Shown here piece by piece: positions 48,916-62,520 of a DNA stretch of 64,000 nt. The stretch comes from Malacoraja senta. Lineage: Eukaryota. A model generated the notes under the pieces. It was given only the letters and a program-made list of their open reading frames with translations. It made no database searches and was not told the DNA's origin. Position numbers and translations under genes: made by a program. The stretch covers positions 62,001 through 126,000 of the forward strand of contig JAXLNO010000161.1 of the NCBI GenBank assembly GCA_038087875.1. Direction: 5' to 3'. Numbering within the stretch: position 1 is the first letter of the stretch; each line of letters begins with the position of its first letter.

Positions 48916-50640
48916 GGGGAGCGGGAGAGAGAGAGACAGAGAGAGAGAGGGGGAGAGAAAAAGACAGACACAGAGGGAGAGAGAGAGACAGCTAGAGAGA
49001 TACCGATAAAGAGAGAGAGAAACAGAGAGAGAGAAAGAGAGACAGAGAGAGAGTGGGAGGGACATATACAGAGAGAAAGGCAGCGACAGGGAGAGAGGGA
49101 GAGAGACACTCAGAGACAGAGAGAGAAAGAGAGAGGCTGCGAGAGAGAGGGAGATTCAGACAGACAGAGAGAGGGAGAGAGACAGAGAGACAGAGAGAGC
49201 GAGAGAGAGAGACGGGGTCAGAGAAAGAGAAAGACAGAGTGAGAGACAGGGAGGGAGAGGGAGAGAGACAGACAGAGACAGAGAGAGAGACATGGAGACA
49301 GAGAGAGAGACCGAGACACAGGGAGAGAGAAAGAGAGTGAGTGAGAGACAGAAACAGAGAGAATCAGAGAGAGAGAGAGAGACACACACACACAGAGACG
49401 GAGAGAGAGGACAGACAGAGTGGGAGAGACAGAGACAGAGAGAGAGGCAGCAAGAGAGAGAGAGGGAGAGAGACAGAGTGAGACAGAGAGAGAGAGACAC
49501 GGAGAGAGAAGAGAGAGAGGCAGCGAGGGAGAGACAGACTCAGAGAGAGAGAGACACAGAGAGAGCGAGAGATAGAGAGACAGGGTCGGACAAAGAGAGA
49601 GAGAGAGAGACACCGTGAGAGACACAGAGGGGGAGGGACGGAGAGAAAGATGGAGAGAGACAGAGTGGGGCAGAGAGAGACAGACAGACAGAGAGAGAAA
49701 GGGACAGAGAGAGACAGAGAGAGACAGACAGAGAGTGAGAGAGATAGAGAGCGACAGAGACAGGGAGGGGGCAGTGAGAGAGAAAGAGAGAGAGACAGAC
49801 TCAGAAAGAGAGACAGAGAGAGAGAGAGGCAGAGAAAGAGACAGAGAGAGAGGGAGCGAGGGAGAGACAGAGAGTGAGAGACGGAGAGTGGGACAGAGAG
49901 AGACAGACAGACAGAAAGAGAGAGAGAGAGACAGATAGGGAGGGAGACAGCGAGAAACAGAAAGGAGAGAGAGCGAGAGACAGAGAGATAGACAGAGAGA
50001 CAGGGAGAGGGAGAGACAGAGAGAGACCAGAGAGAGAGGCAGTGAGAGGGAGGGAGAAAGAGAGAGAGACACTCAGAGAGAGACACACAGAGGAGAGAGA
50101 GAGAGAGACAGAGATAGAGAGAAACAGAGAGAGACAACGAGAGAGACAGCGAGAGAGAGAGACAGAGACAGAGAAATAGAGTGAGAGACAGACAGACGGA
50201 GACAGAGAGAGAGGGGAGAGAGAGACAGACACAGAGGGGGAGCGACAGACAGAGAAAGTGAGAGAGACAGAGAGAAAGACTCTGAGAGACAGGGACAACC
50301 AGAGAGAGAGACAGAGAGAGAGGGGGACAAAGAGAGAGACACAGAGAGACCAGAGGCAGAGAGTGGGAGAGAGAGAGACAGAGAGAGAGGCGGCGAGAGG
50401 GAAAGAGAAAGAGAGAGAGAGAGACTCGGAGAGAGAGAGAGAGATGCAGAAACAGTGAGAGACAGAGAGAGAGGCAGACAGAGAAAGAGAGAGACAGACA
50501 GACAGAGAGAGAGAGAGGCAGCGAGAGAGAGAGGGAGAGAGAAAGACAGAGAGACAGACTCAGAGAGAGAGAGAGATAGAGAAAGAAAGTGAGGTAGGCA
50601 GAGATAGAGAGGGAGAGACGGGGAGAGACGAGGGCAAACA

Positions 50641-50764
50641 AATGTCCTGTTTGCCAGCTTGTTGACCCTCTCTGTTCCCCTCCTGCAGGGTTTAGGACCC
50701 GTTGCTGTGGATGGAGAGACGGGGTCGTGAGCGGCCATTGAGGGCGGCCCGTGTGCCGGTGAGT
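50641..50764 (+). other. Second orphan ZNF acceptor copy forming a candidate 70-nt exon (50689-50758)
   Basis: cccctcctgcAG| ... gtgccg|GTGAGT. Confidence 0.6.
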
Positions 50765-50986
50765 CCTCTGTCTCTCTCTCTGCCTGTCTCTCTCTCTCTG
50801 TGTCTCTCACCCCCTCTCTGTCTCTCTCTGTATCTCTCTCCCTCTCTGTCTCTCCCCCTCTCTGTTCTCCCTGTCTCTGTCTCTGTCTCTCTCCCTCTCT
50901 GTCTCCCTCCCTCTGTCTCTCTCCCTCTTTGTCTCTCCCCCTCTCTGTCTCTCCCTTTCTGTCTCTCTCTCTCTCTCTCTTTATCA

Positions 50987-51037
<51 letters not shown>

Positions 51038-54000
51038 ACTGTCTCTCTCTCTCCCTCTGTGTGTCTCTTTTCTCTTTCTCTCTCTGTATCTTTGTCTCTC
51101 GCTGTCTCTCTCTCCCTCTCTCTGTGTCTCACTCTCTCTCACTCTCTCTCACACTCTCACTCTGTCTCTGTATCTCTCTATCTCAATGTCCCCTCTCTCT
51201 CTCTCTCTCTCTCTCACCCCCTCTGTGCCTGTCTCTCTCTTTCTCTTTCCCTCTCTACCCCTGTGTCTGTCACTCCTTTTCTTTCCCTCCCCCTCTCTCT
51301 CTCTCTCTCTTTCCCTCTCTCTCCCTCACCTCTCTCTGTCTAACTCTCTGTGTCTCTCTCTCTCCGTCTCTCTCTTTCGCCATCTCTCTGTACCTCTCTC
51401 TGCCTCTCTTCTCACTGTCTCTCTATCTCTCTCTGTCTCTCTCCCTGTCTTTGTCTCTCTCTGTCTCTCTCTCTCTCTGTTTGTCGGCTTCTCTCTTTCT
51501 CTCTCCCACTGTCTCTCTCTCTCACTCTCTCTCTGTCAATCTCTCCATCTTTCCCACTGTCTCTCTCTGTGTCTCTCTTTGTCTGTCTCTCTCTCTGTCT
51601 CTCTGTATCTGTATCTCTCGCTGTCTCCCTCTCCCTCTGCCTGTCTCTCTTCCCCCCCCCCTCTCTCCCTCTCTGTCTCACTCTGTCTCTCTCTCAGTAT
51701 GGAGAGAGAGAGAGAGAGGCAGAGAGAGGGAGAGAGAGAGACAGAGATACAGAGTGAGGCCGAGAGACAGACAGACAGAGACAGACAGAGTGGGAGAGAG
51801 AGACAGATAGGGAGAGAGATACGGACAGAGAGAGACAGACACAGAGAGAGGGAGAGGGAGTCAGAGAGAGAGAGACAATACAGAGAGAGGGGAGAGAGAG
51901 ACAGAGAGAGAGACAGCGAGAGAGAGACAGAGAGAGAAAGAGAGAGAAAAAGAGGGAGAGAGAGAGGGAGAGAGGGAGCGAGAGACACAGAGGGAGAGAG
52001 AGACAGAGAGAGAGACAGATAGAGAGACAGACAGAGAAAGAGAGAGGGAGAGGGAGATATAGAGACAGAGAGAGAGAAACAGACAGAGGGACAGAGAGAG
52101 AGGGGGATAGAGACAGAGAGAGGGGGAGAGGGAGAGAGACATAGAGAGACAAAGAGAGAGAGACATATAGAGAGATTGAAAGAGAGAGAGACAGAGAGAG
52201 AGAGTGAGAGAGAGTGAGAGACAGAAAGAGGGGGGAAGAGAGCAAGACACAGAGGGGGAAAGAGTGAGAGACAGACAGAGAGGGAGAGAGACAGAGAGAG
52301 TGACAGAGAGATAGACAGATGGAGAGTCATACACAGACAGAGAGAGACAGGGAGAGAGAGAGACAGGGAGGGACATTGAGAAAGAGACAGACAGAGAGAC
52401 AGCGAGAGAGAGAGTGACAGTGAGACAGGGGAGAGGGAGACAGACACAGAGGGAGAGAGAGAGGGAGAGACAGGAAGAGAGAGATCGAGAGAGGGCGAGA
52501 GAAAGAGAGACAGACATACAGAGAGAGAGAGAGAGAGGCAGAGAGAGAGAGACAGAGGGAGAAAGAGAAAGACAGACAGACACAGGGAGAGAGAGACAGT
52601 GAGAGACAGAGACAGAGATACAGAGAGAGACAAAGAGAGAGAGGGAGAGAGAGACAGAGATACAGAGCGAGACCGAGAGAGAGAGAGAGACAGAGAGGGA
52701 GAGAGAGACAGATAGGGAGAGAGATACAGAGACAGAGAGAGAGACAGAGAGAGAGGGAGAGAGTCAGAGAGAGAGAGACAAGACATAGAGAGGTAGAGAG
52801 AGAGGTATAGATGCACAGAGAGAGAGAGAGAAAGAGGGAGAGAGAGACAGACACAGAGGGAGAGAGAGAAAGTGAGACAGAGAGAGAGACAGACGGAGAG
52901 AGAGAGAGAGAGGGAGAGAGATATAGAGACAGAGAGAGGGACAGACAGAGACAGAGAGAGAGGAGGATAGAGACAGAGAGAGGGGGTAGGGAGAGAGATA
53001 GAGAGACAAAGAGATAGAGAGAGAGACAAAGAGAGGGAGAGAGAGAAAGAGAGAGACAGAGAGAGAGATAGAGAGAGAGACAGAGAGAGTGAGAGACAGA
53101 GAGTGAGAGACAGACAGAGAGATACAGGGAGACAGGGAGGGACAGTGAGAAAGAGAAAGAGATAGACAGAGAGAGAGTGAGAGAGAGAGAAAGAGAGAAA
53201 CAGACATACAGAGAGAGAGAGACAGACAGAGAGACAGAGACAGACAGAGAGAGAGAGAAACAGAGAGAGACAGCGAGAAACAGAGAGAGACAGCGAGAGA
53301 TAGTGACACAATGAGATAGAGAGAGAGAGACAGACAGAGAGAGGGGGAGAGAAAGAAAAATGACAGACACAGAGGGAGAAAGAGAGACACAGAGAGAGGG
53401 ACAGTGAGAGAATGAGAGATAGAGAAAGACAGCGAGAAACACAGAAACACAGAGAGAGAAAGAGAAAGAGAGACACACAGAGAGAGAGACAGCGAGAGAG
53501 AGAGAGTGAGAGAAAGAGAGAGAGAGAAAGAAAGAGAGAGACAGACAGAGAGGGAGAGAGAGAGACAGAGTGGGGGAGAGATACAGTCGGAGAGAGAGAC
53601 AGACAGAGAGACAGAGATTCTCAGAGAGAGAGACTAAGAGAGAGACACAGGGAGAGAGAGACAGGGAGAGACCAAGCGACAGAGAGACGGAGAGAGAGTG
53701 ACCGCGATAGAGAGGAGAGAGGGAGAGACGGAGAGGGAGAGAGGGAGAGACGGAGAGGGAGAGACGGAGAGGGAGACGGAGAGGGAGAGTCAGAGAGGGA
53801 GAGAGGGAGAGAGAGGGAGAGAGAGGGGGAGAGAGAGGGAGAGAGAGATACAGAGAGAGAGAGCGGGGAGAGACAGAGAGAGAGGGGTGAGACAGAGAGA
53901 GAGGGAGACACAGAGAGAGACAGAAAGAGAGACACAGAGAGAGTGAGACAGAGGGAGAGGGGAGAGAGAGACACACACAGAAGGGGAGAGCGAGAGACAG

Positions 54001-57000
54001 AGAGAGAGATTGAGAGAGAGACAGACAGAGAGTGACAGAGAGAGAGACATACAGAGACAGAGTGAGAAATAGAGAGACAGAGAGAGAAAGAGAAAGAAGA
54101 AGTAGACATACAGAGAGAGAGAGAGTGAGAGAGAGACAGAGTGAGAGAGAGAGAGACAGAAACAGTGAGAGAGACAGAGAGAGAGAGACACAGAGAGAGA
54201 GAAAGAGATAGATAGACACAGAGGCAGATAGAGAGAGACAGTGAGAGACAGCGAGAGAGAGACAGTGAGAGACAGCGAGAGAGACAGTGAGAGAGAGAGA
54301 CAGTGGGAGAGTGAGACAGAGAGAGAGAGACAGACTGAGAGAGTTAGACAGAGAGAGAGACAGGGAGAGAGAAACAGAGAGACACAGACACAGAGGGAGA
54401 GAGAGGGACAGAGAGAGAGGGACAGTGAGAGAGAGAGGGAGACAGAGAGAGAGAGAGCGAGAGACAGCGATACAGATGGAAACAAAGAGAAAGAGACAGT
54501 GGGAGAGAGGGAGTGAGACAGAGAGAGAGAGAGAGAGTGAGAGAGAGACAGAGTGGGAGAGAGATACAGAGAGAGAGAGAGACAGGGATACTGTCTCTCT
54601 CTTTCTCTTTCTCTCTCTCCCCCTGTGTCTGTCACTCCTTTTCTTTCTCTCCCCCTCTCTCTCTCTCTCTCTTTCCCTCTCTCTCCCTCACCTCCCTCTG
54701 TCTATCTCTCTGTGTCTCTCTTTCTCTCCGTCTCTCTCTTTCGCCATCTCTCTGTACCTCTCTCTGTCTCTCTTGTCTCACTCTCTCTATCTCTCTCTGT
54801 CTGTCTCCCTGTTTTTGTCTCTCTCTGGCTCTCTCTCTCTCTGTTTGTCGGCTTCTCTCTTTCTCTCTCCCACTGTCTCTCACTCTCACTCTCTCTCTGT
54901 CAATCTCTCCATCTTTCCCAGTCTGTCTCTCTCTGTGTCTCTCTTTGTCTGTCTCTCTCTCTGTCTCTCTGTATCTGTATCTCTCGCTGTCTCCCTCTCC
55001 CTCTGTCTGTCTCTCTACCCCCCGTCTCTCTCTCTCTCTCTCACTCTGTCTCTCTCTCAGTATGGAGACAGAGAGAGGCATAGAGAGGGAGAGAGAGAGA
55101 GACAGAGATACAGAGTGAGACCGAGAGAGAGACAGACAGAGACAGAGACAGAGAGGGAGAGAGAGACAGATAGGGAGAGAGATACGGACAGAGAGAGACA
55201 GACACAGAGGGAGAGGGAGTCAGAGAGAGAGAGAGACAAGACAGAGAGGGGGGGGAGAGAGACAGAGAGAGACAGCGAGAGAGATACAGAGAGAGAAATA
55301 GAGAGAGAAAGAGGGAGAGCGAGAGTGAGAGAGGGAGCGAGAGACACAGAGGGAGAGAGAGACAGAGAGAGAGACAGATAGAGAGACAGACAGAGAAAGA
55401 GAGAGGGAGAGGGAGATATAGAGACAGAGAGAGAGAAACAGACAGAGAGACAGAGAGAGAGGGGGTAGAGACAGAGAGAGGGGGGAGGGAGAGAGACAGA
55501 GAGAGACAAAGAGAGAGATAGACATATAGAGAGATTGAAAGAGAGAGAGACAGAGAGAGAGAGTGAGAGAGAGAGAGTGAGAGACAGAGAGAGGGGGGAG
55601 AGAGCAAGACACAGAGGGGGAAAGAGCGAGAGACAGACAGCGAGGGAGAGACAGACAGAGAGAGTGACAGAGAGATAGACAGATGGAGAGTCATACACAT
55701 ACAGAGAGAGACAGGGAGAGAGAGAGACAGGGAGGGACAGTGAGAAGGAGACAGACAAAGAGACAGCGAGAGAGAGAGTGACAGTGAGACAGAGGGAGAG
55801 GGAGACAGACACAGAGGGAGAGAGAGAGGGAGAGACAGGCAGAGAGAGATCGAGAGAGGGAGAGAGAAAGAGAGACAGACATACAGAGAGAGAGAGAGCA
55901 GAGAGAGAGAGACAGAGGGAGAAAGAGAAAGAGAGACAGACACAGGGACGGAGAGACAGTGAGAGAGAGAGACAGAGATACAGAGAGAGACAAAGAGAGA
56001 GAGGGAGAGAGAGAGACAGAGATACAAAGCGAGACCGAGAGAGAGAGAGAGACAGAGAGGGAGAGAGAGACAGATAGGGAGAGAGGTACAGAGACAGATA
56101 GAGAGACAGAGAGAGAGGGAGAGAGTCAGAGAGAGAGAGACAAGACATAGAGAGATAGAGAGAGATATAGATGCACAGAGAGAGAGAGAAAGAGGGAGAG
56201 AGAGACAGACACAGATGGAGAGGGAGAAAGTGAGAGAGAGAGAGAGAGAGACAGACGGAGAGAGAGAGGGAGAGAGATATAGAGACAGAGAGAGGGACAG
56301 AGACAGAGAGAGAGGGGGATAGAGAGAGAGAGGGGAGAGGGAGAGAGATGGAGAGACAAAGAGATAGAGCGAGAGACAAAGAGATAGAGAGAGAGACAAA
56401 GAGAGAGAGAGAGAGAGAAAGTGAGAGACAGAGAGAGATAGATGGAGAGACAGAGAGAGTGAGAGACAGAGAGTGAGAGACAGACAGAGAGATACAGGGA
56501 GACAGGGAGGGACAGTGAGAAAGAGAAAGAGATAGACAGAGAGAGAGTGAGAGAGAGAGAGAAAGAGAGAAGCAGACATACAGAGAGAGAGAGACAGAGA
56601 CAGACAGAGAGAGAGAAACAGAGAGAGACAGCGAGAAACAGAGAGAGACAGCGAGAGAGAGTGACACAGTGAGATAGAGAGAGAGAGACAGACAGAGAGA
56701 GGGGGAGAGAAAGAAAAAGTGACAGACACAGAGGGAAAAAGAGAGAAAGAGAGAGGGACAGTGAGAGAATGAGACAGATAGAGAAAGACAGCAAGAAACA
56801 CAGAAACACAGAGAGAGAAAGAGAAAGAGAGACACAGAGGGAGAGAGAGAGACAGCGAGAGAGAGAGAGAGAGAGAGAGGAAGAGAGAGAGAGAGAAAGA
56901 GAGAGACAGACAGAGAGGGAGAGAGAGAGACAGAGTGGGGGAGAGATACAGAGACAGAGAGAGATACAGAGACAGAGAGAAAGACAGACAGAGAGACAGA

Positions 57001-58393
57001 CAGAGATTCTCAGAGAGAGAGACTAAGAGAGAGACACAGGGATAGAGAGACAGTGAGAGACCAAGAGACAGAGAGACGGAGAAAGAGAGACAGCGATAGA
57101 GAGGGAGAGAGGGAGAGACGGAGAGGGAGGGAGGGAGAGTGTGAGAGGGAGAGACAGAGAAGGAGAGACGGAGAGGGAGAGACAGAGAGGGAGAGAGGGA
57201 GAGAGAGCGAGAGAGAGGGTGAGAGAGAGGGAGAGAGATACAAAGTGAGACAGCGGGGAGAGACAGAGAGAGAGGGGAGACAGAGAGAGAGGGAGACACA
57301 GAGAGAGACAGAAAGGGAGACAGAGAGAGAGTGAGACAGAGGGAGAGGGGAGAGAGGGACACACAGAAGGGGAGAGAGCGAGAGAGAGAGAGAGAGATTT
57401 AGAGAGAGACAGACAGAGAGTGACAGAGAGAGAGAGACATACAGAGACAGAGTGAGAAATAGAGAGACAGAGGGAGAGAGAAAGAGAAAGAGAGAAGTAG
57501 ACATACAGAGAGAGAGAGAGTGAGAGAGACAGTGAGAGAGAGAGACAGAAACATTGAGAGAGACAGACAAAGAGAGAGTGAGAGAGAGATAGAAAGAGAG
57601 AAGCAGACATACAGAGAGACAGACAGAGAGACAGAGACAGACAGAGAGAGAGAGAAACAGAGAGAGAAAGCGAGAAACAGAGAGAGACAGCGAGAGAGAG
57701 AGTGACACAGTGAGATAGAGCGAGAGAGACAGACAGAGAGAGGGGGAGAGAAAGAAAAAGTGACAGACACAGAGGGAGAAAGAGAGACAGAGAGAGAGGG
57801 ACAGTGAGAGAATGAGACAGATAGAGAAAGACAGCGAGAAACACAGAAACACAGAGAGAGAAAGAGAAAGAGAGACACACAGAGGGAGAGAGAGAGAGAC
57901 AGCGAGAGAGAGAGAGAGAGAGATAAAGAGAGAGCGAGAAAGAGAGAGACAGACAGAGAGGGAGAGAGAGAGACAGAGTGGGGGAGAGATACAGAGACAG
58001 AGAGAGATACAGAGACAGAGAGAGAGACAGACAGAGAGACAGACAGAGATTCTCAGAGAGAGAGACTAAGAGAGAGCCACAGGGAGAGAGAGACTAAGAG
58101 AGACCAAGAGACAGAGAGACGGAGAAAGAGAGACAGCGATAGAGAGGGAGAGAGGGAGAGACGGAGAGGGAGAGAGGGAGAGACGGAGAGGGAGAGACAG
58201 AGAGGGAGAGACGGAGAGGGTGAGACAGAGAGGGAGAGAGGGAGAGAGAGGGGGAGAGAGGGGGGAGAGAGGGAGAGAGAGATACAGAGAGAGAGCGGGG
58301 AGAGACAGAGAGAGAGGGGGGAGACAGAGAGAGAGGGAGACACAGAGAGAGAGAGAAAGAGAGACAGAGAGAGAGTGAGACAGGGAGAGGGGA

Positions 58394-58425
<32 letters not shown>

Positions 58426-58932
58426 TTGAGAGAGAGACAGACAGAGAGTGACAGAGAGAGAGACATACAGAGACAGAGTGAGAAATAGAGAGACAGAGGG
58501 AGAGAGAAAGAGAACGAGAGAAGTAGACATGCAGAGAGAGAGAGTGAGAGAGAGACAGAGTGAGAGAGAGAGACAGAACTGTGAGAGAGACAGACAGAGA
58601 GAGACACAGAGAGAGAGAAAGAGATAGATAGAGACAGAGGCAGATAGAGAGAGACAGTGAGAGACAGCGAGAGAGAGACAGTGAGAGACAGCGAGAGAGA
58701 CAGTGAGAGAGAGAGACAGTGAGAGAGTGAGACAGAGAGAGAGACAGACAGAGAGAGTGAGACAGAGAGAGGGACAGGGAGAGAGAAACAGAGAGACACA
58801 GACACGGAGGGAGAGAGAGGGACAGAGAGAGAGGGACAGTGAGAGAGAGGGAGTGAGAGAGAGAGAGAGCGAGAGACAGCGAGAGACAGATGGAAACAAA
58901 GAGAAAGAGACAGTGGGGAGAGGGAGTGAGAC

Positions 58933-58964
<32 letters not shown>

Positions 58965-59042
58965 ACAGAGTGGGAGAGAGATACAGAGATAGAGAGAGAC
59001 AGGGATACTCAGAGATACAGATACAGAGACAGGGAGAGTGAA

Positions 59043-59116
<74 letters not shown>

Positions 59117-60072
59117 GGAGAGACAGATAGGTCGAGAGAGAGAGTGGGAGAGAGATACAGAGAGAGAGACACACAGGGATACTCAGAGAGAGAGAATAAG
59201 AGACAGTGAGAGACGGAGAGGGAGAGACGGAGAGGGAGAGACAGACACAGAGGGAGAGAGAGCGACAGAGAGATACAGAGAGAGAAAGATAGAGAGATCG
59301 GGAGAGAGAGAGACACACACACAAACAGAGAGAGAGACAGAGAGAGGGAGAGAGGTACAGAGACAGGGAGGGGAGACAGAGAGAGAGGGGGGAGAGACAC
59401 AGAGAGAGAGAGAGAGTGAGAGAGAGAGACCGAGAGAGAGGGGGGGAGACAGAGAGAGGGGAGACAGAGAGAGGGAGAGGGACAGAGAGGCAGAGAGGAA
59501 GACAGACAGAGAGAGAGAGACAGAGGGAGAGAGAGATTGGGAGAGACAGAGAGGGAGAGAGACAGACACAGAGGGAGAGAGAGGGAGAGACAGGCAGAAA
59601 GAGACAGAGAGGGAGAGAAACAGAAAGAGAGAGACATACAGAGAGATAGAGACAGAGAGAGAGAGAGATAAAGAGAGAGAGGCAGAGAGAGAGAGACAGA
59701 CACAGAGGGAGAGAGAGCGACAGAGAGATACAGAGAGAGAAACAGAGAGAGAGAGAGAGAGAGAGAGCGGGAGAGAGAGAGACACACACACAAACAGAGA
59801 GAGAGACAGAGAGAGGGAGAGAGGTACAGAGACAGGGAGAGGGGGACCGAGAGAGAGTGGGGAGAGACACACAGAGAGAGAGAGACAGAGAGAGAGAGAG
59901 ACAGAGAGAGGGGGAGATAGAGAGAGAGAGACGGATAGGAAGACAGAGAGAGAAACAGATACAGAGAGAGAGGGGGAGAGACAGAGAGGAAGAGACAGGC
60001 ACAGAGGGAGAGAGAGAGGGAGAGATAGGCAGAGAGAGAGAGAGGAAGATAGAAAGAGAAAGAGGGACATAC

Positions 60073-60120
<48 letters not shown>

Positions 60121-60279
60121 AGAGACAGACACAGAGGGAGAGAAAGACAGCGAGAGAGATACAGATACAGAGAGAGAGACATACAGAGAGACAGAGGGAG
60201 AGGGAGAGGGGGAGAGCGAGAGAGAACGATACATTGTGAGACAGAGAGAGCGACAGAGAGAGGCAGAGAGAGAGACAGG

Positions 60280-60312
<33 letters not shown>

Positions 60313-60751
60313 GGGTGGGAGATTACAACCTTCACGTGGTTCGCCCTGTTTCAATTAACCTGGCGTGCACAATCAAAAAAGATCAATTAGAACAAGTTGT
60401 CCTACAACTTTAGGCTGTGCACGCCATACACAAGAAGAAGAAGAGAGAGAGAGAGAGATAGGACGAGAGAGAGACAGAGAGAGAGAGAGAGAGACAGAGA
60501 GAGAGAGAGAGACAGGGAGGGAGACGGAGAGACCAAGAGAGAGAGAGACGGAGAGAGAGAGAGAGAGGGCCTGATGGTCTGCATCCCAGGGTACTTAAGG
60601 AAGTGGCTCTAGAAATCTTGGACGCATTGGTGATAATTTTCCAATGTTCTGTAGATTCAGGATCAGTTCCTGTGGATTGGAGGGTAGCTAATATTATCCC
60701 ACTTTTTAAGAAAGGCGGGAGAGAGAAAACAGGGAATTATAGACATTAGCC

Positions 60752-61512
60752 CAGGGGTGGGGAACCTTTTCATGTTGGAATGCCGCATTAAGTTAGCTGT
60801 AATCTAATAAGGCCGCATCCATGAAACTTCAATTAGATGTAGTTCAAAATGTACTTTATTTTGTAAAAATCTAACTACTATGTACTAACTTCAAGAAAAT
60901 GAAAAAAAAGTGTTAATTCTAAAGTTAACTAACCTTTTGATGACTTTGTTGTGACTATTTTTTGTGGGAAAGCATTTGAATATTTGTTTGCAGCATGGAG
61001 GTACGCAGTTTCAGCTGATCTTCTAGATGGGTATCTGTCACTTGTGACCTTAAGGGCGTCTTGATTTGTGTTAGATAGAAGAACGTAGATTCGCAGCAAT
61101 AAGTGGTTGAAAAGCAAGAAAGCATTTTTCGTGCATGTTGCCGAAGACGTGGGTATTCAATTGCATTTTTTCACATTTCAATCGGATCTTTCAGCGTCAA
61201 ATAAGGGCTTTAAAATGTCATATTCTGAGAGCTCAATCAATTCCATCTGTTGTTCTATAGCAATCTTGGAGACAACAACTAGGTGAGGTTGAAATGCTAA
61301 TTTTAATGCTGATTTTGTTGAATCTTCTTTTACTCTCTGGTATTTTAAATACGTTCATTTAAAGATTAAAATAAAAATAATAAAAGACAAACAAAAACAT
61401 ATTAATAAAAATAAAAGGATTTGTTCCACAAAATTTGGATTCATTCAAAAGGCCGCACTTAATGGCCTAGAAGGCCGCACGTGGCCTTAATGTCGCAGGT
61501 TCCCCACCCCTG
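60752..61512 (-). mobile_element. hAT (Charlie/Buster-type) deletion derivative
   Basis: 16-bp TIR caggggtggggaacct; 8-bp TSD cattagcc/cgttagcc with central TA. The minus strand retains FSTTYCCESTF..IKTPLRSQVTDTHLEDQLKLRT (C-terminal dimerisation region). Confidence 0.92.
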
Positions 61513-62205
61513 CGTTAGCCTGACATCGATGGTGGGGAAGATGCTGGAGTTAATTATTTACAAAGGGGAAATCATGCTTGACTAATCTTCTGGAATGTTT
61601 TGAGGATGTAACTAGGAAAATGGATAAGGGAGAGCCAGTGGATGTAGTGTACCTGGACTTTCAGAAAGCATTTGATAAGGTCCCACATAGATTAGTGGGC
61701 AAATTTTGGGCACAAGGTATTGGGGTAGAGTGCTGACATGGATAGAAAATTGGTTGACAGACAGGAAACAAAGAGTAGGGATTAACTGATCCCTTTCAGA
61801 ATGGCAGGCAGTGACTAGTGGGGTACCGCAAGGCTCGGTGCTGGGACCGCAGCTATTTACAATATACATCAATGATTTAGATGAAGGGATTCAAAGTAAC
61901 ATTAGCAAATTTGCAGATGACACAAAGCTGGGTGGCAGTGTGAACTGTGAGGAGGATGTTCTGAGAATGCAGGATGACTTGGACAGGTTGGGTGAGTGGG
62001 AAGATGCATGGCAGATGCAGTTTAATGTGGATAAATGTGAGGTTATCCACTTTGGTAGCGGAAACAGGAAGGCAGATTATTATCTAAATGGTGTCAAGTT
62101 GGGAAAAGGGGAAGTACTACGGGATCTGGGGGACCTTGTTCATCAGTCAATTAAAGTAAGCATGCAGGTACAGCAGGCAGTGAAGAAAGCGAATGGCATG
62201 CCCCG

Positions 62206-62221
62206 AGGGTTAGGGTTAGGG
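62206..62221 (+). repeat. Short telomeric repeat (AGGG TTAGGG TTAGGG) at the element's 5' junction
   Basis: Direct inspection; absent from the homologous position of the copy at 8284-8955. Confidence 0.85.
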
Positions 62222-62520
62222 CAATAACCAACCTGACCTCCTGGTGGCTCAGCACTTCAACTCCCCCTCCCATTCCGTATCCGACCTCTCTGTCCTGGGT
62301 CTCCTCCATGGCCAGAGCGAGCAACATCGGAAATTGGAGGAACAGCACCTCATATTCCGCTTGGGGAGTCTGCATCCAGGGGGCATGAACATTGAATTCT
62401 CCCAATTTTGTTAGCCCTTGCTGTCTCCTCCGCTTCCTCAGCCCTCGGGCTGTCTCCTCCCATCCCTCAGCCCTCAGGCTCCTCCTCCGCCTTTTTCCTT
62501 TTTTCTCCCCACCCCCCATC

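Larger units (their letters stand above)
40629..60565. repeat. ~20-kb GA/GACA-rich array with higher-order duplications, inverted (CT) blocks and embedded CR1s
   Basis: GA polarity except for CT blocks at ~50765-51698 and ~54591-55060; rare landmark words recur. Confidence 0.95.

Noticed and set aside
37007..60565. Dozens of long ORFs (up to 823 aa) rich in SLSL or ERER
   Set aside because: They are translations of GA/CT simple repeats that lack stop codons and have no domain content.
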